DNA of 64,000 bases from Candidatus Latescibacterota bacterium (GTDB lineage Bacteria > Latescibacterota > UBA2968 > GCA-2709665): NCBI GenBank assembly GCA_963667175.2, contig CAXXXF010000005.1:22431-86430 (forward strand). The letters run 5' to 3'. The position numbers and the translations under genes are program-made. The notes beneath the pieces were generated by a model that ran no database searches, was not told the DNA's origin, and saw nothing but the letters and a program-made list of their open reading frames with translations. Numbering within the stretch: position 1 is the stretch's first letter; each line of letters opens with the position of its first letter. This document shows positions 59,539-64,000 of the stretch, in pieces.

Positions 59539-61107
59539 TCATCGCACCCCCAATGCCATTCCGGGCGAACCGGGATCGGCCCCCCCGTCGAGGGTACCCG
59601 TTGTCGGATCGAGAATAATGCCGTGCACGGAGGCAATCCCACCGTAGCCGGCCAGCAGGGACTGGACCTCGTGGCCCATCGCTCTGACGCCTTCACATAC
59701 GGAAGGCGCGACTCTCGAGTGGGCGACGATCACGTCGCTCTGACAGTCGAACCGGGGGGCCGCAATCGCCTCCGTGGCGGACATGCCCTGGTCGACCACG
59801 TTCAGAATAGCGTGCAGAATCCCTGTCACAATGCGGGTTCCTCCCGGTGCGCCCACGCTGAAGTAGGGTTCGTCACCCAGTTTCACCAGTGTCGGCGCCA
59901 TACCCGTGGTTCTCGACTTGCCCGGTTCGATCGAATTCACCTGCCCGGGCACGGGATTGAAACAATTCATACAGTTGTTGTACATGAATCCCAATCCCGG
60001 GGCAATCACGTCCGATCCCGATCCAAGCGAGTGCGTGAGCCCAACCACGTTGCGCCATTGGTCCACGACGGAGATATGCGTGGTACAGGGTGGCTCCTGC
60101 GGTTGCCAACGCGGGATCGTGATCTTCTCCCGGGCGCCGATCCGCCGTCGCCAGGCCGCCGACCGTTCTTCACACAGCAAGTCTTCCACCGGAACGTCAA
60201 CAAAGGCGGGATCGCCGACAAGATTCGCCCGGTCCGTCCAGGCCGCTTTCATCGCCATGGACACGGTATACACGTATTCGGGCGAAAGGTAAGCCATCTC
60301 CGCGAGGTCGTATCCCTCCAGGATCCTGAGCATCTGCAGGATGGTCAGGCCCCCGCCGGGAGGCCGGTTGGATGCGACGGTGTATTCGCGATACCTGGAA
60401 ACCAGCGGCGAGGTAACGGTCACCCTATAGCTGTTCAGATCTTCAATCGTCACGAATCCGCCGCCCCGCTCCATGTCGTCGGCGATCGTCCCGGCCAGGT
60501 CCCCTCGATAGAATACCTCTTCCCCGCCTTCGGCCAGAGTCGAGAGCGTCCTGGCCATTTCCGGGTTGGCGATCAGCACGACGCCCCCATCGTGGGGAGA
60601 CGTCGCGACGGTGATCCACGGCGTCGTTTCCGGGGTCGGGATCTGTTTCCAGGACGCCGCCTCCGTTCGGGTCACCTCGTATCCTTCGGTTGCAACCGCG
60701 ATGCCGGGTTGGAGCGCGTCCCGCCACGACATGCTCCCGTAGTCAGCCTGGGCCCTGTAAAGACCGGCTACGGTACCGGGGGTCGTAACCGCGCCGTAAC
60801 CGACTTCGTTGACGCGCCCCCTCAGGGTGTATCCGTACCCCGTGGCGTTCTCACGAACGATTTCAGACTCCCACATGTCCGGTCGTACACGCGCGCCGGC
60901 CTTGCCGTGAAAGTCCAGAATCGTATCCGTCCGGGGCGTATGGATATACATCATGCCAAAGCCGCCGACGCCACAACTGCGCGGCGTTGTCACCATCTGA
61001 ACGAACGCCGCTGCTACGGCAGCGTCTACGGCATTTCCGCCATCGGCCAGCACTTTGCCGCCCGCGTCCACCGCCAGCGGCTGTGGCGCGGTTAGCATGC
61101 CTTTCAC
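59539..61107 (-). CDS. ggt: Gamma-glutamyltransferase family protein
   Basis: GGNAVDAAVA, TTHISVVD (nucleophilic Thr), GAPGG and GGADP motifs. Confidence 0.92.
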   Translation of the reverse strand: MKGMLTAPQPLAVDAGGKVLADGGNAVDAAVAAAFVQMVTTPRSCGVGGFGMMYIHTPRTDTILDFHGKAGARVRPDMWESEIVRENATGYGYTLRGRVNEVGYGAVTTPGTVAGLYRAQADYGSMSWRDALQPGIAVATEGYEVTRTEAASWKQIPTPETTPWITVATSPHDGGVVLIANPEMARTLSTLAEGGEEVFYRGDLAGTIADDMERGGGFVTIEDLNSYRVTVTSPLVSRYREYTVASNRPPGGGLTILQMLRILEGYDLAEMAYLSPEYVYTVSMAMKAAWTDRANLVGDPAFVDVPVEDLLCEERSAAWRRRIGAREKITIPRWQPQEPPCTTHISVVDQWRNVVGLTHSLGSGSDVIAPGLGFMYNNCMNCFNPVPGQVNSIEPGKSRTTGMAPTLVKLGDEPYFSVGAPGGTRIVTGILHAILNVVDQGMSATEAIAAPRFDCQSDVIVAHSRVAPSVCEGVRAMGHEVQSLLAGYGGIASVHGIILDPTTGTLDGGADPGSPGMALGVR

Positions 61108-61315
61108 GGGATATCCTTTCGATCGCGGGGACGAGACTCACATCCATGAGAAAGATCGGTCACACCGCGGCGATCGGCCGGGCCGCGTGACCCCTCGAAC
61201 GTGCGCCTGCGCGCCTGACGAACAGGAAGCGCTGGCAATGCGTACGGCGGGATATTATATTCGCAGGCCAATGCAAAAGCAAGCGCAAACCCGATCCAAC
61301 GACGGAGGCAACCCC

Positions 61316-62134
61316 ATGGAAATCTCGCTCGCAGGCTGGAGCATCCAGCGGCGGTTCAGGAGTCAGGAGAACCCGCTGCGTCTACTGGACTTTCCCGCCC
61401 TTGCCGTTGAAGCGTTCGACATTCGCCTGCTGGAACTCAACAGCCCCTTCTTCGTCTACAAGAATCCGGACAGCCCCGCCACCAGTCGTCTGGCCAGAGG
61501 CTATCCTGACGAACTTCGCCGACGCGCGGAGGATGCAGGCGTCGGGCTGCTGAACATCGCCGTCGACGCCCACGGCGACCTTTCCTCTCCGGACGAAAAG
61601 GAACGAAAACAAGGCGTTGAGAATCACAAGAAATGGATCGACGCCTGCCTGGCGCTGGGCTGTAACGCGTTTCGCGCCAACACCGGTCCCGGTCGGGGCC
61701 AGCCGGTCAGCGAAGCGCATATTGAACAGTGCATCAACAGCTTCGGCGAACTCACGGAACTCTGCGCGCAGGCGGACGTACGACTGCTGATGGAGAATCA
61801 CGGGGGCGTATCGGAATCGCCGGACAACATCCTGCGGGTTATGGACGCCGTGGGAAGCGACCACTGCCGTGTCCTTGCGGATTTTCTCAACTGGCCTCCC
61901 GATGACGACAAGCTCGAAAATCTCAGAAGGGTCGCTCCGTACGCATGGGCGACCCACGCGAAATTCCTGAGCTTTGACACGGACGGCGAGTCACGGGAGA
62001 TCGAATGCGCCGCCGCCATCGGCATCCTCAGGGACGCGGGATATGGAAACCCCTACGGAATTGAATTCGAAGGCAAAACCGATGATACCGAGGGTGTTCT
62101 GAAGAGCAAGGCGCTTCTCGAAAAGCATGCGTAG
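61316..62134 (+). CDS. Sugar phosphate isomerase/epimerase (xylose isomerase-like TIM barrel)
   Basis: MENHGG, LADF, THAK and IEFEG motifs; GGAGG RBS. Confidence 0.88.
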   Translation: MEISLAGWSIQRRFRSQENPLRLLDFPALAVEAFDIRLLELNSPFFVYKNPDSPATSRLARGYPDELRRRAEDAGVGLLNIAVDAHGDLSSPDEKERKQGVENHKKWIDACLALGCNAFRANTGPGRGQPVSEAHIEQCINSFGELTELCAQADVRLLMENHGGVSESPDNILRVMDAVGSDHCRVLADFLNWPPDDDKLENLRRVAPYAWATHAKFLSFDTDGESREIECAAAIGILRDAGYGNPYGIEFEGKTDDTEGVLKSKALLEKHA

Positions 62135-62141
62135 TCATGTC

Positions 62142-62603
62142 TCACGACGCTTTGGCCACGGGAATCCGGATTTCGGTCACGTTGTCCTTCGGGTCTCCCC
62201 CGGGCGCGAAGCGCAGGTAGACTTCACGGCCGGGTCCCGTGACCCGGTAACCGTTGTCCCCGATCCAACGGCGAACGGTCTCGTACGACTTGCGGAGACC
62301 GTCGAAAGCGCCGCGGTGGACCACGCAGGCCATTTCGCCACCAGGCAACTCCCGAACGTCGACGCGATCGCCGACCGGCAGCGCCCTATCGATGGGCAGC
62401 GCGGCCTCCGCGTCCAGGGAGCCGTGCCAGATGGTGATTCCCGGTCCCGCGATCTTCCCGTTACGTTCGCCGATATACGAGACGACCTCTTGGTACATGC
62501 GGTCCATGGCCGAACCGATCGCGCTGAAGTCCGAAACGGATTCGCGCCGGGAAGCAACCCGGATCGGTTTTACGGACTTGACAACGACATTGTATTCGGA
62601 CAT
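62142..62603 (-). CDS. GyrI-like small-molecule binding domain protein
   Basis: LPGGEMACVVHRG...REVY...TEIRIPV. Confidence 0.85.
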   Translation of the reverse strand: MSEYNVVVKSVKPIRVASRRESVSDFSAIGSAMDRMYQEVVSYIGERNGKIAGPGITIWHGSLDAEAALPIDRALPVGDRVDVRELPGGEMACVVHRGAFDGLRKSYETVRRWIGDNGYRVTGPGREVYLRFAPGGDPKDNVTEIRIPVAKAS

Positions 62604-62726
62604 CAACGCCTCCAATTCGACGTGCGGCGCCGGACTTCAACAAGAGGAGCACACTCAAGCGCATCAAACTTGACGTCCGGAAATCCGGAACCGAAAAAAC
62701 CGGTGCTTTCAGCGACGCTGCCGGCA

Positions 62727-64000
62727 TCACCCGGGCGACGTGAACTGAAACGCGTACAGCTTGCAGTCGCGCATGACAAAGCGTATCCTGACCGGTTGGC
62801 CCGACAGTTCGCCCAGGTTGGTTCTCTCGCCCCAACGCACCGGCATTCGAACCGAATTGCCGCAGAGATAGGACGCGTCCGATTCGGCGAATTTCGCGAT
62901 CGGCCGGCCCAGATGATCCTGTAGTTCAACCTTCGCCGATCCTCCCCCGCCGGTATCCAGGTTCAATTCCAGTTGCGTCCCCTCGAATCGAACCGGTGGC
63001 GTGACCAGTTCACCGCCTCCGTAGCCGGCATCGACGGACACAAATCCATCCAACCGCATCACGGCGCGCCCGATGCCACTGAGAAGCTTTCCTGCCATTG
63101 GATCGACGATGCCGTCATGGTCCCTGTTCATTCCACTGTAATAGATCCACAACTCGTCCTCCATTTGTATGGGATTCGGCATCGCCCACACCATGCGGGA
63201 CGAGAAACTTCCCTCCCTGCCGGGCTTCAGAAAGGGCTTGCGCCCGCCGCATCGCCGAAATTCGACGCCGTCCCGGCTGACGGACAGACGGGCGTCGAAA
63301 CGGCTGGGGCCGTAGATATTCTGCGTCTCCTCCCGCGCAACGCCCATATCGTCGCGGACCACGGTGACCACGGGTTCGCGGTCGAACCAATACCAGTTAG
63401 CGTTGGCCAGCATGACGTACACACCGTCGGGGTCCGGATATTTGAACACCGATGCCCCGTAGTAGTCCATCGGCGTCCGCCCGTAGGGACGTTCCGGTCC
63501 CTCCGGGCGAAGGGGATAGGGCGTATCGTAGGCGCCCATATCCGCGTCGTCCGGCCGCATGACGATTCGCTGATTCCCCCACTCCTCGAGATCTTCGGAT
63601 TCCAGCCTGCGCACCGTCCGGTAGTTTAGATTGCCTTCTGCCGTCCCATGCCGTTTCGCAAACCAGTGCCGGGTGTACATCGCGTAGCGCCCGACCGGCG
63701 GATCCCAGAATACAATGGATTGGGTATCCCACCCGCCGCGGCTGAGCCGAACGTCGCGCACCAGCTTCCAGTGGATACCGTCGGGCGATCCGTGCATATG
63801 CAGATGGCCCCACACCTCCGGCGGCGAATAGACTTTCGACTGGTTCTTGTACCGGAATTCAGGCGGCGCGTGCGGATCGATCCACACGGAACTTCCCCCG
63901 ATATTGGCGGGAATCACGACGTTGTTTTCTGTCGTTCCGTTCGAATCAACCAGATTCAGGACCGGCCTGGTGAAATGGATGCCGTCGGCGGACTCGGCGT
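62727..64000 (-). CDS. GH32/GH43-like five-bladed beta-propeller protein, 5' end outside window
   Basis: Frame stays open to the window edge (AESADGIHFTRPVL...). Contains SPDGIHW, SRDG and RLDGFVS motifs. Confidence 0.7.
   Translation of the reverse strand, partial: AESADGIHFTRPVLNLVDSNGTTENNVVIPANIGGSSVWIDPHAPPEFRYKNQSKVYSPPEVWGHLHMHGSPDGIHWKLVRDVRLSRGGWDTQSIVFWDPPVGRYAMYTRHWFAKRHGTAEGNLNYRTVRRLESEDLEEWGNQRIVMRPDDADMGAYDTPYPLRPEGPERPYGRTPMDYYGASVFKYPDPDGVYVMLANANWYWFDREPVVTVVRDDMGVAREETQNIYGPSRFDARLSVSRDGVEFRRCGGRKPFLKPGREGSFSSRMVWAMPNPIQMEDELWIYYSGMNRDHDGIVDPMAGKLLSGIGRAVMRLDGFVSVDAGYGGGELVTPPVRFEGTQLELNLDTGGGGSAKVELQDHLGRPIAKFAESDASYLCGNSVRMPVRWGERTNLGELSGQPVRIRFVMRDCKLYAFQFTSPG

Noticed and set aside
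62604-62726. Truncated MerR domain upstream of the GyrI-like gene
   Set aside because: Only a few linker-like residues precede an in-frame stop, there is no HTH remnant, and ATG 62603 has its own GGAGG RBS.

Overview
This is a GC-rich (roughly 60%) bacterial chromosomal window, mostly housekeeping and energy genes. SprA, the style of the nuo genes and the beta-propeller/heparinase-like genes suggest an FCB-superphylum lineage such as Latescibacterota or Gemmatimonadota (inference only). In order, it carries nrdR-nrdJ (class II ribonucleotide reductase) with NrdR boxes; a tetraheme cytochrome c; a phosphodiesterase; tRNA-His and tRNA-Arg; an outer-membrane beta-barrel plus a beta-propeller lipoprotein; nth; an HD dNTPase-like gene; an M23 peptidase; lptGF; a 2074-aa SprA-like protein followed by comEA, a pilM-like gene, coaD, obgE and dprA; lexA with a GAAC-N4-GTTC box; an orphan PqqD/RRE two-gene unit; an 11-subunit nuoABCDHIJKLMN operon lacking nuoEFG; a divergent sufBCDSU-sufT-Rrf2-nuoB2-nfuA cluster; a radical SAM / ATP-grasp pair; and assorted metabolic enzymes. 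Two probable selenocysteine (UGA-recoded) genes are missed by the ORF track. One is a CUAEP-tail radical SAM protein. The other is a signal-peptide-bearing outer-membrane beta-barrel with an in-frame UGA just after the signal peptide, followed by a SECIS-like hairpin. Also notable are an orphan NuoB paralog inside the Fe-S biogenesis cluster and a ~215-nt structured element between nrdR and nrdJ. I saw no CRISPR array, integrase or transposase.
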